64,000 nt of DNA from a virus, in IMG/VR virus record IMGVR_UViG_3300045988_169460; one strand, given 5' to 3'. A program made the translations under genes and the position numbers. Every line of letters begins with the position of its first letter. The stretch's first letter is position 1. A model generated the notes under the pieces. The model was not told the DNA's origin. It searched no databases and was given only the letters and a program-made list of their open reading frames with translations. This document shows, piece after piece, positions 34,524 to 42,322 of this stretch.

Positions 34524-34882
34524 GAAAAATAGTTGTGGCTGGTACAAGAGAATTTAATGATTATAGATTATTATGTGATGTTTTAGATTTTCATATAAAT
34601 GGTGAACAAGTAATTATAATTAGTGGTAATGCTAAAGGGGCAGATTCAATGGGAGAGGTTTATGCTTCTTCTCATAATTTGAAATGTGTAAAATTTCCCC
34701 CTGATTATGAGACTTATCCTTCTAAAGTAGCCCCATTAAAAAGAAACGAGGAAATGGCAAAGGAAGCTACAGAAGGAATTATATTTTGGGACGGTGTTTC
34801 AAGAGGTACTTGGAATATGATTCAGCAATTAAGAAAATATAAGAAAAAAGTAACTATTATTAACTATAGGAAGTTAGTGTAA
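34520..34882 (+). CDS. SLOG-family protein (DUF2493-like)
   Basis: MRKIVVAGTREFND...IIISGNAKGADSMGE...PLKRNEEM pattern. Confidence 0.65.
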   Translation: MRKIVVAGTREFNDYRLLCDVLDFHINGEQVIIISGNAKGADSMGEVYASSHNLKCVKFPPDYETYPSKVAPLKRNEEMAKEATEGIIFWDGVSRGTWNMIQQLRKYKKKVTIINYRKLV

Positions 34883-34883
34883 A

Positions 34884-35492
34884 ATGGATAATTGCGAATT
34901 TTATTTATTATATAGCGGCGGGTATGATAGCACTGTGTTGCTTTATGATTTTATTGATAAATTACCTAATAAATTGACAGTAATACATATTGTTACTCAG
35001 TATAATCAAGAAGAAACAAAAGCGGCAAGAGAGATAATTGAATTAGTAAAAGACAAAATTCTTAACTATATTGAATTAGAAATGCCTGTTTATAAAACAG
35101 AAATAGAATATATTCCATACAGAAATGCTCAATTTATATTAAGAGCACTTTCAACCTTGACAATTAAAGCAGGATGTGCTATAATATTATTAGGGTTGAT
35201 AAGAGTAGAAGAACCTTTTCCTGATTGCACACAGTATTGGTTAAAAACAATGGAGAAATTAGTTCAAGTAGAAAATCCTCATATTGGATTAGAAGCACCT
35301 TATATTAACAATACTAAAGATGAAATTTATACTGTAGGATGTAAGTTTAAGGTTCCTTTAAGAAATACTTTTAGTTGTAACTTTCCTGTAGATGGTGCAG
35401 AATGCGGGGAATGTGGAAACTGTAAATGGAAAGCAAAACATAAATATCCTAATTATTTTAGAGTTATAGAAGGAGGTAGAAACAATGTTTAA
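34884..35492 (+). CDS. queC: 7-cyano-7-deazaguanine synthase
   Basis: PP-loop LLYSGGYDST and C-terminal zinc motif CGECGNCKWK. Confidence 0.8.
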   Translation: MDNCEFYLLYSGGYDSTVLLYDFIDKLPNKLTVIHIVTQYNQEETKAAREIIELVKDKILNYIELEMPVYKTEIEYIPYRNAQFILRALSTLTIKAGCAIILLGLIRVEEPFPDCTQYWLKTMEKLVQVENPHIGLEAPYINNTKDEIYTVGCKFKVPLRNTFSCNFPVDGAECGECGNCKWKAKHKYPNYFRVIEGGRNNV

Positions 35493-35685
35493 AATTATTA
35501 ATGGTAAGGGAACAGGTTCTAACACACAAAAGAGTGCAGTGAATACCTCCCCACAAGTGAAGATTACTAGCCCAGCAACAAGAAGAAGTTTATCTTGGCT
35601 TAGAAGGGTGCAAACAAGTTTAACTCCAAGAACAAAAAAAGCTTTAGATTGGTTAGAAGCCAATAGTGTTAGATTACCTAAATAA
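35485..35685 (+). CDS. small basic protein
   Basis: ATG after GGAGG; K/R/S/T-rich. Confidence 0.4.
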   Translation: MFKIINGKGTGSNTQKSAVNTSPQVKITSPATRRSLSWLRRVQTSLTPRTKKALDWLEANSVRLPK

Positions 35686-35700
35686 TAGGAGAATTAGTTA

Positions 35701-37542
35701 ATGAAAAATGGATATACGTTATTTCTTTCTGGTGTTGAACCAGAAGAAAATTTCTATACTGCAATAGATGTTACCTCTAGTCTATTGCAGTCTTATTGGT
35801 ATATAAAGCGGCGTGGAAAAGATAAAATTGTAGAGCGTTTTGATAAAGTTAAGAAAAATTCTTTGTTAATTGATAGTGGAGCACATACTTTTCTCACCTT
35901 AGCAGAATATCAAGATAAGACAGTAGATTATTGGGAAGAGTATATAAAAGGATATATAGCTTTTGTAAGAAAACATAGAGAAAAAGTATTTGCTTGTGTT
36001 GAAATGGATATAGATACTTTAGTAGGAACAGAACAAGTAAATAAATGGAGAGAAGAATACTTTCATTCTTTAGAGGAAGAGGGCATTTCTGTTATTTATG
36101 TTTATCATGCAGAAAAGGGATTGGAAGAGTGGGAAAGAATGTGTAAAACATATTCCTATGTTGGGTTCTCTTACAATGAATTTGAAGATGCTATTTTAAT
36201 TGATAAATTATTTGAAATAGCAATGGAATATAAAACTAAAGTACATGGTTTTGCAGTATCGGGATATAGAGAATTATTAAAACATGAGTATTATACAAGT
36301 GACAGTACAAGTTGGATTACAGGAGCTCAATATGGAGAATTAAACTATTTTGAAGGTGGGAAATTAAAACGGCTCACAAAAGAAAAATGGAAAAATGAAT
36401 ATTATGCAAAAATACTTGATTTATGTACAAGTAAAAAGTTATTAGAAGCAGAAGCTCCTTATGAATTAATGCGTATTAGTGCTTTAAGTTATAAGAAATT
36501 AGAAGAGCATGTAAATGATATATTTAGAGGCAAAAGATATTGGATTGGAAGAAAGGAAGTGTCTAAAGTAGCGAGTAAGGGAAATTTACCGCCAGTAGAG
36601 TGGTTTTCAACTGATATGGAAGATTGGCAAGAATGGGCACAGAAATTAAATATAGACACGAATCTTCCTGATGAAGCAGGTAAATCATTAATTGTTGCTT
36701 GTTACAATTTTGTGACAGATAATCCTATTATAAATGAGTATCCTCTCGAAGAATTAATTGACTTATGTGGACTTTTTGGTGATAAGAAGTCGAATACTCT
36801 TACTAAGTGCCGAAAAGCCCTTAAAGAGCACTTTACAGCTCTCTTAAAGGGTAGTATGGATTTATCCACTTTGACAGAAGAAGAAGTAGAAGAGAAAAAA
36901 AATGTAGTTCCAAAAGAGCGGGAAGAGTATGTTCAAGAAAAAGAGTATGTAGAATGTACTGTTAGCAAGGAAGAGTGTCAAGGTTTATTAAAAGGGTTAT
37001 TAACTTCTGGTGTGACAGATGAAGCAGAGAAAGCTTTAATTGAACAGGGAATAGAGCCTATTTATGATGAGAATGGAAACATTAAAGCAGGTATTAAACG
37101 AATAAAGAAAAGAAAATCTTTAAGTTCAAGTGTGATGCCAGAGTTAAGTTGCAATATTTGTACTAAAGCACGGAGATGTCCTTTATATGAAGAAGGAATG
37201 CTTTGTGCTTATAATAAAATGTTTAAGCAATTTGATACAAGAAATCCCGAAGATGTAGTAGATGCTATGAGCAGTATTGCAAATTTAAGTTTAGAAAGAT
37301 TATCAAGGGCTGTGACATTTGAAAAATTAGATGGTGGCTTAAATACTAAAGAGGTAACAGAGACAATGGCAGAAGCATGGAAATATCTTGAAAAGATACA
37401 AGAAATTCAAACAAAGAGTGATAAAGTTATAGCAGAGCGTAGAGTTGTAACTTCTTCTAACGGCGATGTAGAAGTAAGAGAAAGTGTAACAGGAAATCCG
37501 CAAGGTTTATTGTCTGAGATTCTAAAAACAAAAAAAAGTTGA
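35701..37542 (+). CDS. dpdA: DpdA-like (TGT-superfamily) DNA guanine transglycosylase fused to a ~350-aa C-terminal region of unknown function
   Basis: N-terminal LLIDSGAHTF and VHGFAVSG resemble the TGT/DpdA catalytic regions. Adjacent to queC. The C-terminal part has a Cys cluster, SCNICTKARRCPLYEEGMLC. Confidence 0.45.
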   Translation: MKNGYTLFLSGVEPEENFYTAIDVTSSLLQSYWYIKRRGKDKIVERFDKVKKNSLLIDSGAHTFLTLAEYQDKTVDYWEEYIKGYIAFVRKHREKVFACVEMDIDTLVGTEQVNKWREEYFHSLEEEGISVIYVYHAEKGLEEWERMCKTYSYVGFSYNEFEDAILIDKLFEIAMEYKTKVHGFAVSGYRELLKHEYYTSDSTSWITGAQYGELNYFEGGKLKRLTKEKWKNEYYAKILDLCTSKKLLEAEAPYELMRISALSYKKLEEHVNDIFRGKRYWIGRKEVSKVASKGNLPPVEWFSTDMEDWQEWAQKLNIDTNLPDEAGKSLIVACYNFVTDNPIINEYPLEELIDLCGLFGDKKSNTLTKCRKALKEHFTALLKGSMDLSTLTEEEVEEKKNVVPKEREEYVQEKEYVECTVSKEECQGLLKGLLTSGVTDEAEKALIEQGIEPIYDENGNIKAGIKRIKKRKSLSSSVMPELSCNICTKARRCPLYEEGMLCAYNKMFKQFDTRNPEDVVDAMSSIANLSLERLSRAVTFEKLDGGLNTKEVTETMAEAWKYLEKIQEIQTKSDKVIAERRVVTSSNGDVEVRESVTGNPQGLLSEILKTKKS

Positions 37543-37567
37543 CAATAATCCCTTAATATGGTATAAT
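37539..37567 (+). promoter_or_regulatory. sigma-A-type promoter (TTGACA-17-TGgTATAAT); the -35 box overlaps the upstream stop codon
   Basis: Consensus boxes. Confidence 0.65.
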
Positions 37568-37592
37568 AAAACTATATTAAGGGATTTTTTTT
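37547..37592 (+). terminator. terminator hairpin whose loop contains the -10 box
   Basis: AATCCCTTAATAT (in the promoter spacer), loop with TATAAT, ATATTAAGGGATT, then T8. Confidence 0.65.
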
Positions 37593-37607
37593 AAGAGGTG
37601 GCAATAA

Positions 37608-37925
37608 ATGAAGAGAATTAGTTATGGAAAAAGATTTAGATTATTAGAAGAAGGGTATATTGGATACAAGTGGTTTTCTAAAGGGTCAATATTTATGGCT
37701 ACAGGATTAATTAGTTTTATGGGTAATAATATATTCCGTGTTTATAATCCTGATGGCAGTTTAAGACAAGATTTGCATACTGGTAATGGACATGTAAATT
37801 TTTTTTTAAGTTTATCTCCTATATCAAAAGATGAGCTTTTAGCATCAGAAGAATGTTATTGGTTTTTAAATGATATAGAATTAAGAACTTATTTTAAAGA
37901 AATTGTCTATGAGGAATGGGAGTAA
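37608..37925 (+). CDS. WE-tail protein, body family B (ends YEEWE)
   Basis: Paralogue of 37931-38239. Confidence 0.6.
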   Translation: MKRISYGKRFRLLEEGYIGYKWFSKGSIFMATGLISFMGNNIFRVYNPDGSLRQDLHTGNGHVNFFLSLSPISKDELLASEECYWFLNDIELRTYFKEIVYEEWE

Positions 37926-37930
37926 GAGTT

Positions 37931-38239
37931 ATGAAAAAATACAAAGAAACTTTTATAGTAAAAAGTCAGTTTTCTGATGGATTAAGGACTTTTCCTAAAG
38001 GAACAATATTTGAAAGCACAGGAGTTTTTTTTGGCATTGAAACACTTTTTTGTGTTTACTATCCCGATGGAGTTCCTTATGCTTGTTTACATGATGGCAA
38101 TAGTGCTCAAATAATGCTTTTAAATAGAACACCTTTAACATTAGCTGAAATTCGAGCACAAGGTGATTGTCATTGGTGGGTTAGAAATTCTGATATTGAT
38201 GAATATTTTATACCAAAATCATCTTTAGAATGGGAGTGA
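37931..38239 (+). CDS. WE-tail protein, body family B (ends SLEWE)
   Basis: ATG 8 nt after GGGAG. Confidence 0.6.
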   Translation: MKKYKETFIVKSQFSDGLRTFPKGTIFESTGVFFGIETLFCVYYPDGVPYACLHDGNSAQIMLLNRTPLTLAEIRAQGDCHWWVRNSDIDEYFIPKSSLEWE

Positions 38240-38244
38240 AAAAA

Positions 38245-38508
38245 TTGAACATAATACTAGGAGAATATTTTATAGTTACTAGACCTTTTAGATATGAGGG
38301 CAATGTATTTCATAAAGATGATTTATTACGTGTAGCTAAAATATATAGTTGGTCTAAAGTTTTAGTTTCCAATAGAGCTTGGATATCAACTAAAGTAGGA
38401 CACACAGACCCAAAAAATCAATATAGTTTTGGTGAAGAAACAAATTGGAATATTGATACAGAATATTTATTTAAAAATTGTGTTCCTTATAGGTCAGAAT
38501 GGGAGTAG
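38245..38508 (+). CDS. WE-tail protein, body family A (ends RSEWE)
   Basis: TTG 8 nt after GGGAG. Confidence 0.55.
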   Translation: MNIILGEYFIVTRPFRYEGNVFHKDDLLRVAKIYSWSKVLVSNRAWISTKVGHTDPKNQYSFGEETNWNIDTEYLFKNCVPYRSEWE

Positions 38509-38513
38509 TGGAG

Positions 38514-38870
38514 ATGAAATATAAAGCAGGAGATGTAGTAAAAATTGACAAAACAAGATTTGTTATAGAAAGAGTTACTAAAAAAGGCTATATTTTATTT
38601 CCTCATATAGGATTTTTCGTAAAGGATTGCCAAATAAATAAAAAAATTAAAGTGAAGAAATCTTATGAATTAGGAGATAAATTCAAATGTCTATGTGACT
38701 TTAGTTCAGGGACTTCTGTGGCGAAAAAAGACAAACATTATATTTGTACACAGAAATTTTCAGATGGCACATATATGCTTACAAGAATAAAAAATAAAGA
38801 AGAGAAATTAAGAGTGAATACAAATCAGATTCATGCTTATTTTAGACATTATTTTGGAGGTTGGGAATAG
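38514..38870 (+). CDS. WE-tail protein (ends GGWE)
   Basis: ATG after GTGGAG. Confidence 0.55.
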   Translation: MKYKAGDVVKIDKTRFVIERVTKKGYILFPHIGFFVKDCQINKKIKVKKSYELGDKFKCLCDFSSGTSVAKKDKHYICTQKFSDGTYMLTRIKNKEEKLRVNTNQIHAYFRHYFGGWE

Positions 38871-39073
38871 TGCCAATAGGAACAAGAGTAAGAATAAGAG
38901 AAGATTTAAAAACTACAGAAACTTATGGTGGCGTAAGAGTTATAGAAGATATGCTAGTTTATGCAGGTAAAGAAACAACAATAATTTGGCATGAAGCTAA
39001 TGTATATCATATACTTTTAGATGATGGTTTTTACTATTGGACAGATGAAATGTTTATTAGTGAATGGGAATAA
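38870..39073 (+). CDS. WE-tail protein, body family C (ends ISEWE)
   Basis: GTG overlaps the upstream TAG, with GGAGG 9 nt upstream. Paralogue of 42037 and 46893. Confidence 0.55.
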   Translation: MPIGTRVRIREDLKTTETYGGVRVIEDMLVYAGKETTIIWHEANVYHILLDDGFYYWTDEMFISEWE

Positions 39074-39080
39074 AAAAGTC

Positions 39081-39109
39081 TTGACAAAATAAAATAGTTG
39101 TGGTATAAT
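39081..39109 (+). promoter_or_regulatory. sigma-A-type promoter; 37-bp block identical to 39934-39970
   Basis: AAAAGTCTTGACAAAATAAAATAGTTGTGGTATAATA. Confidence 0.65.
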
Positions 39110-39142
39110 AAGTGCATAAGATATTGAAAGAGAGGTTATAAC

Positions 39143-39934
39143 ATGTGTATTATAATTTATAAACCAGCAAAAGCTACACTAAAAAAAGAAACATTAAAAA
39201 CAGCATTTGAAAACAATCCTGATGGTGCAGGATTTATGTACCAATCTGATTTACTTGAAGCTCCTAAAATGCAAAAGGGATTTTTTGATTTTGATAAATT
39301 TTATGAGGCATATGAGAAAGTGGCTGAAAGTGATAAAGGTTATAATATTGCTGTTCATTTTAGAATTGCAACGCATGGAGCTGTTAATAGTTTAAACTGT
39401 CATCCTTTTATTGTTAAAGAAAGTGTTGAAAAAACTATTAGCGAAAAAGGACAGTATAGTTCTTTATTTATGCAAAATGGTGTTATTAAAAGTATTTCTG
39501 TAAATAAGAAAGATAAATATAGCGATACTTGTAATTTCACCTATAAAATTATGTCTAAAATTAAAACATTAACAAGCATGAAGATAAAAGATATTCTGGA
39601 AACTATTGAATCTCCAAGTAGATTTTGTTTAATGCAAGAAGGGCGAAAACCTTTATTGATTGGTAGTTTCAAAAAAGATGGTGGAGTAAGCTTTAGTAAT
39701 GAATCCTATAAAGAAATAAAAATTGTTACTTCTTATCCTACTACTTTTGAAACTTATTTACTTGCATTCGAAGATTGCGATGCAAAAGATATTAGAGATA
39801 TTGAAACAGAACTTAAAGATGACCAATGTGGAATTATTGATGCTTATAATGTAGGAGATGTGACTTTCTTTGAAACGAACTATCTCCCTATTAGAGAAAA
39901 GATTGCAGGTAAAGAATTTCGATGTTATCGTTGA
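39143..39934 (+). CDS. Ntn-type (class II) glutamine amidotransferase-like protein, copy 1
   Basis: Met-Cys N-terminus (MCIIIYKP), NPDGAGFM, HFRIATHG...NCHPF. Confidence 0.65.
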   Translation: MCIIIYKPAKATLKKETLKTAFENNPDGAGFMYQSDLLEAPKMQKGFFDFDKFYEAYEKVAESDKGYNIAVHFRIATHGAVNSLNCHPFIVKESVEKTISEKGQYSSLFMQNGVIKSISVNKKDKYSDTCNFTYKIMSKIKTLTSMKIKDILETIESPSRFCLMQEGRKPLLIGSFKKDGGVSFSNESYKEIKIVTSYPTTFETYLLAFEDCDAKDIRDIETELKDDQCGIIDAYNVGDVTFFETNYLPIREKIAGKEFRCYR

Positions 39935-39940
39935 AAAGTC

Positions 39941-39969
39941 TTGACAAAATAAAATAGTTGTGGTATAAT
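39941..39969 (+). promoter_or_regulatory. sigma-A-type promoter; duplicate of the one at 39081
   Basis: Identical 37-bp block. Confidence 0.65.
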
Positions 39970-40001
39970 ATAAATACACTAAAAATAAAGGAGATAATAG
40001 T

Positions 40002-40394
40002 ATGAATTTTCGCATTAACGATGTAGTAACATTAAAACAAGGATTGACAGGTGAAAAAGAAAAGTATAGTGGCAAGACTTTAATGATTCGAGCGATTTCT
40101 GATGGTAATTACATTATGAAAGTACCAAATAAAACTGCACCAAAAGACAATCGTGAACTTATGGATGTAAGTTTTAATGACACTGATATTCAATTAAATC
40201 CTTTAGAAGTAAAGGTAGAAACTGATTCTGATGGGATAATTGATATTATGGCTAAAAATTCAAAAGATGAATGGATTGCAATTTTACGGTTACAGGATGG
40301 AGAATTATTGCGTAAAAAAGATTTAGCAAAACAAGGTTTTTCTGGCTTGAAGTTAGACTTTAAAGGAAGACTTCGGTTAGTAACCAGTTATTAA
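40002..40394 (+). CDS. hypothetical protein
   Basis: ATG after AAGGAG. Confidence 0.45.
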   Translation: MNFRINDVVTLKQGLTGEKEKYSGKTLMIRAISDGNYIMKVPNKTAPKDNRELMDVSFNDTDIQLNPLEVKVETDSDGIIDIMAKNSKDEWIAILRLQDGELLRKKDLAKQGFSGLKLDFKGRLRLVTSY

Positions 40395-40702
40395 TGTTAC
40401 CTGAATATATAAGTGCTGAAAATGGAATAAAGTATGTGCCTTTTACTGGCAATATTTTATTCCTTAAAAGTATATTATATGAACACAATAATTTTCCAAT
40501 AAGATTACTTTTAGAAGAAGAACAATTATCCGCTTTTATCATTGTTTACGTAACAGCAAAGAACTTAATTTGTGTGGATACAAGTTCAGAAGGTAAATTG
40601 TTTGAAAGTATTTTAAAAATACCTGTTAGCACTTTAAAAGAGCGTGTGTTTGAGGGAATAAATTATGAAATTTACATTAAACAAACTGCTTTAGGAGAGT
40701 AG
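40394..40702 (+). CDS. hypothetical protein
   Basis: TAATG overlap. Confidence 0.45.
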   Translation: MLPEYISAENGIKYVPFTGNILFLKSILYEHNNFPIRLLLEEEQLSAFIIVYVTAKNLICVDTSSEGKLFESILKIPVSTLKERVFEGINYEIYIKQTALGE

Positions 40703-40705
40703 CCA

Positions 40706-41041
40706 ATGAAAAGATATCACATAGCAGTAAAATTTGATAAAGAAAAGATAGCAAATATAGATTTCTGTAAATTACATTTAATATTTACTAAACATTTTAA
40801 ACAAAGAGCATGTTTAAAAAGGATTCCTAAGCCTTATAAAGCTCTGTTAAAAAGGGGCAAGATTTTTGAATATTATACAGATGATAATGAAAATTTGCTT
40901 AAATTTGTCATACGTTGTAAATACAATGAAAATTGTGATGTTTGTTATGTGTTAACTCCTACTGGCAGGGTTATTACTGGTTGGTGGCAAGATACAAATG
41001 ATAGTCATTCAACATTAAAAATAAATTTATATGAAAGGTGA
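40706..41041 (+). CDS. hypothetical protein
   Basis: ORF track. Weak resemblance (H..QR...R.I) to small RelE-fold/DUF4258-type proteins; not firm. Confidence 0.4.
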   Translation: MKRYHIAVKFDKEKIANIDFCKLHLIFTKHFKQRACLKRIPKPYKALLKRGKIFEYYTDDNENLLKFVIRCKYNENCDVCYVLTPTGRVITGWWQDTNDSHSTLKINLYER

Positions 41042-41048
41042 TAAGAAT

Positions 41049-41567
41049 ATGAATAAGAAAACTGATGAAATTAAAAAAAGTGGAGATGAAGATTTTCAAG
41101 CATTTGTAGACCTTTGTTCTGCTATTTTGCTTGGTGAGGATAAGAGAGCAGAATCAGTAAAGAAAGCAACTAAAGAACCTGATAATGCTGGTATCCCTAA
41201 AGGTTATACTATTGACACTAAATATTGGAAGCAATTTCCTCAATTAAAATCAGGAATGCTAGTTTTAGTTTCAAATGGTTGCTGGGGCAAAATTTCCGAA
41301 GATTGGGAAACTGGTCGTCTTTATTTTTATCATAAAGGAGAAGCTACTTCTTTAGATGAATTGCAAAAACAAACTGGAAAAGGTTTAGAAAAATTATTTA
41401 TAGAAGTATATGTTCCTAAGAATCAGTATGCAATTCATTCATACAATCCTGAGAATTTTAATTTGCATTATACTTGTTTGAAAAAGAAACCTGAAAAAGT
41501 GCGTATTTCTTTAGCAGAATTGCTGAAAAGAGCGGGGTTAGAAGGAAAGGAAGTTGAAATTCATTAA
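41049..41567 (+). CDS. hypothetical protein
   Basis: In-frame ATG after GAAAGGTGA. Confidence 0.45.
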   Translation: MNKKTDEIKKSGDEDFQAFVDLCSAILLGEDKRAESVKKATKEPDNAGIPKGYTIDTKYWKQFPQLKSGMLVLVSNGCWGKISEDWETGRLYFYHKGEATSLDELQKQTGKGLEKLFIEVYVPKNQYAIHSYNPENFNLHYTCLKKKPEKVRISLAELLKRAGLEGKEVEIH

Positions 41568-41791
41568 TGTTTGGATGTGCGGCTTGTTTAACGATTTTTT
41601 TATTCACTATTAACTTATTAGGCTATGTCTCTTTAAGTTATTGGATTATTTTCGCTCCAGTTATGTTTGCCTTTGGCATTACAGCTCTTTTTGGACTATT
41701 TGCAGTAGGTATTATAGCGACAATGGATTATATTGTTACATCAGAAAGGTTTAAAGAATGGAAGGACTTACACAAACAAGAAAAGAATTAA
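41567..41791 (+). CDS. small membrane protein
   Basis: Two TM segments. Confidence 0.45.
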   Translation: MFGCAACLTIFLFTINLLGYVSLSYWIIFAPVMFAFGITALFGLFAVGIIATMDYIVTSERFKEWKDLHKQEKN

Positions 41792-41970
41792 TAGAATCTG
41801 CTATTAAGCTTCTTTTAGATTGCGATGATTATGAAGGTTTAAATTTTAAAGAATACGATACGACACAAGAAATAGTAGAAATTCCAAGTAAAGAATTTGA
41901 GCTTTTACACAAACTTTCCCGAATTGGAAGTTTGTTTGTACTTTCTATTTTAGAGAGTGAGCAAAAATAG
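41758..41970 (+). CDS. hypothetical protein
   Basis: ORF track. Confidence 0.4.
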   Translation: MEGLTQTRKELIESAIKLLLDCDDYEGLNFKEYDTTQEIVEIPSKEFELLHKLSRIGSLFVLSILESEQK

Positions 41971-41971
41971 T

Positions 41972-42000
41972 TTGACAAAATCCCTTACATGTGATATAAT
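41972..42000 (+). promoter_or_regulatory. sigma-A-type promoter (TTGACA-17-TGaTATAAT)
   Basis: Consensus boxes. Confidence 0.65.
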
Positions 42001-42019
42001 GCATATGTAAGGGATTTTT
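41978..42019 (+). terminator. terminator hairpin whose loop contains the -10 box
   Basis: AAATCCCTTACAT, loop gtgaTATAATgc, ATGTAAGGGATTT, then TT. Confidence 0.6.
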
Positions 42020-42036
42020 ACTAAGGAGGCTTGCAA

Positions 42037-42255
42037 ATGATACCAATAGGAACAAGAGTAAGAATAAGAGAAGATTTAAAATTAGGTGTACTTTATAAAA
42101 ACAGAAATAATAAACGTGCTATGCATGCTTGTAGAGGCATGTTATTATTGGCTGGTAAAAAAGCGTACATAACAAATAATGTTAATAATATTTACTCTAT
42201 AGATAATGGTTTTTATTATTGGACAGATGGAATGTTTGAAACTGAATGGGAATAA
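42037..42255 (+). CDS. WE-tail protein, body family C (ends ETEWE)
   Basis: ATG after AAGGAGG. The N-terminus IPIGTRVRIREDLK is identical to that of 38870. Confidence 0.6.
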   Translation: MIPIGTRVRIREDLKLGVLYKNRNNKRAMHACRGMLLLAGKKAYITNNVNNIYSIDNGFYYWTDGMFETEWE

Positions 42256-42263
42256 AAAAAGTC

Positions 42264-42292
42264 TTGACAAAATAAAAAGAAAATGATATAAT
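42264..42292 (+). promoter_or_regulatory. sigma-A-type promoter (TTGACA-17-TGaTATAAT)
   Basis: Consensus boxes. Confidence 0.65.
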
Positions 42293-42322
42293 ACATTTAT
42301 CAAATCAAAAGGAGATGTAAAA

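Noticed and set aside
337-38870. Genome-wide reassignment of TAG to a sense codon, as in code-15-like recoded phages. This was suggested by the in-frame TAGs in the RT (337) and in ORF 1788-1985 (1923).
   Set aside because: TAG clearly terminates elsewhere. It comes directly after conserved WE tails (38506-38508, 38868-38870). It ends dnaB at 18871-18873, with the primase ATG 2 nt later. It also ends queE, 33243-33461 and 41758-41970, in each case just before a promoter. Local read-through or pseudogenisation remains possible and is reported as a finding.
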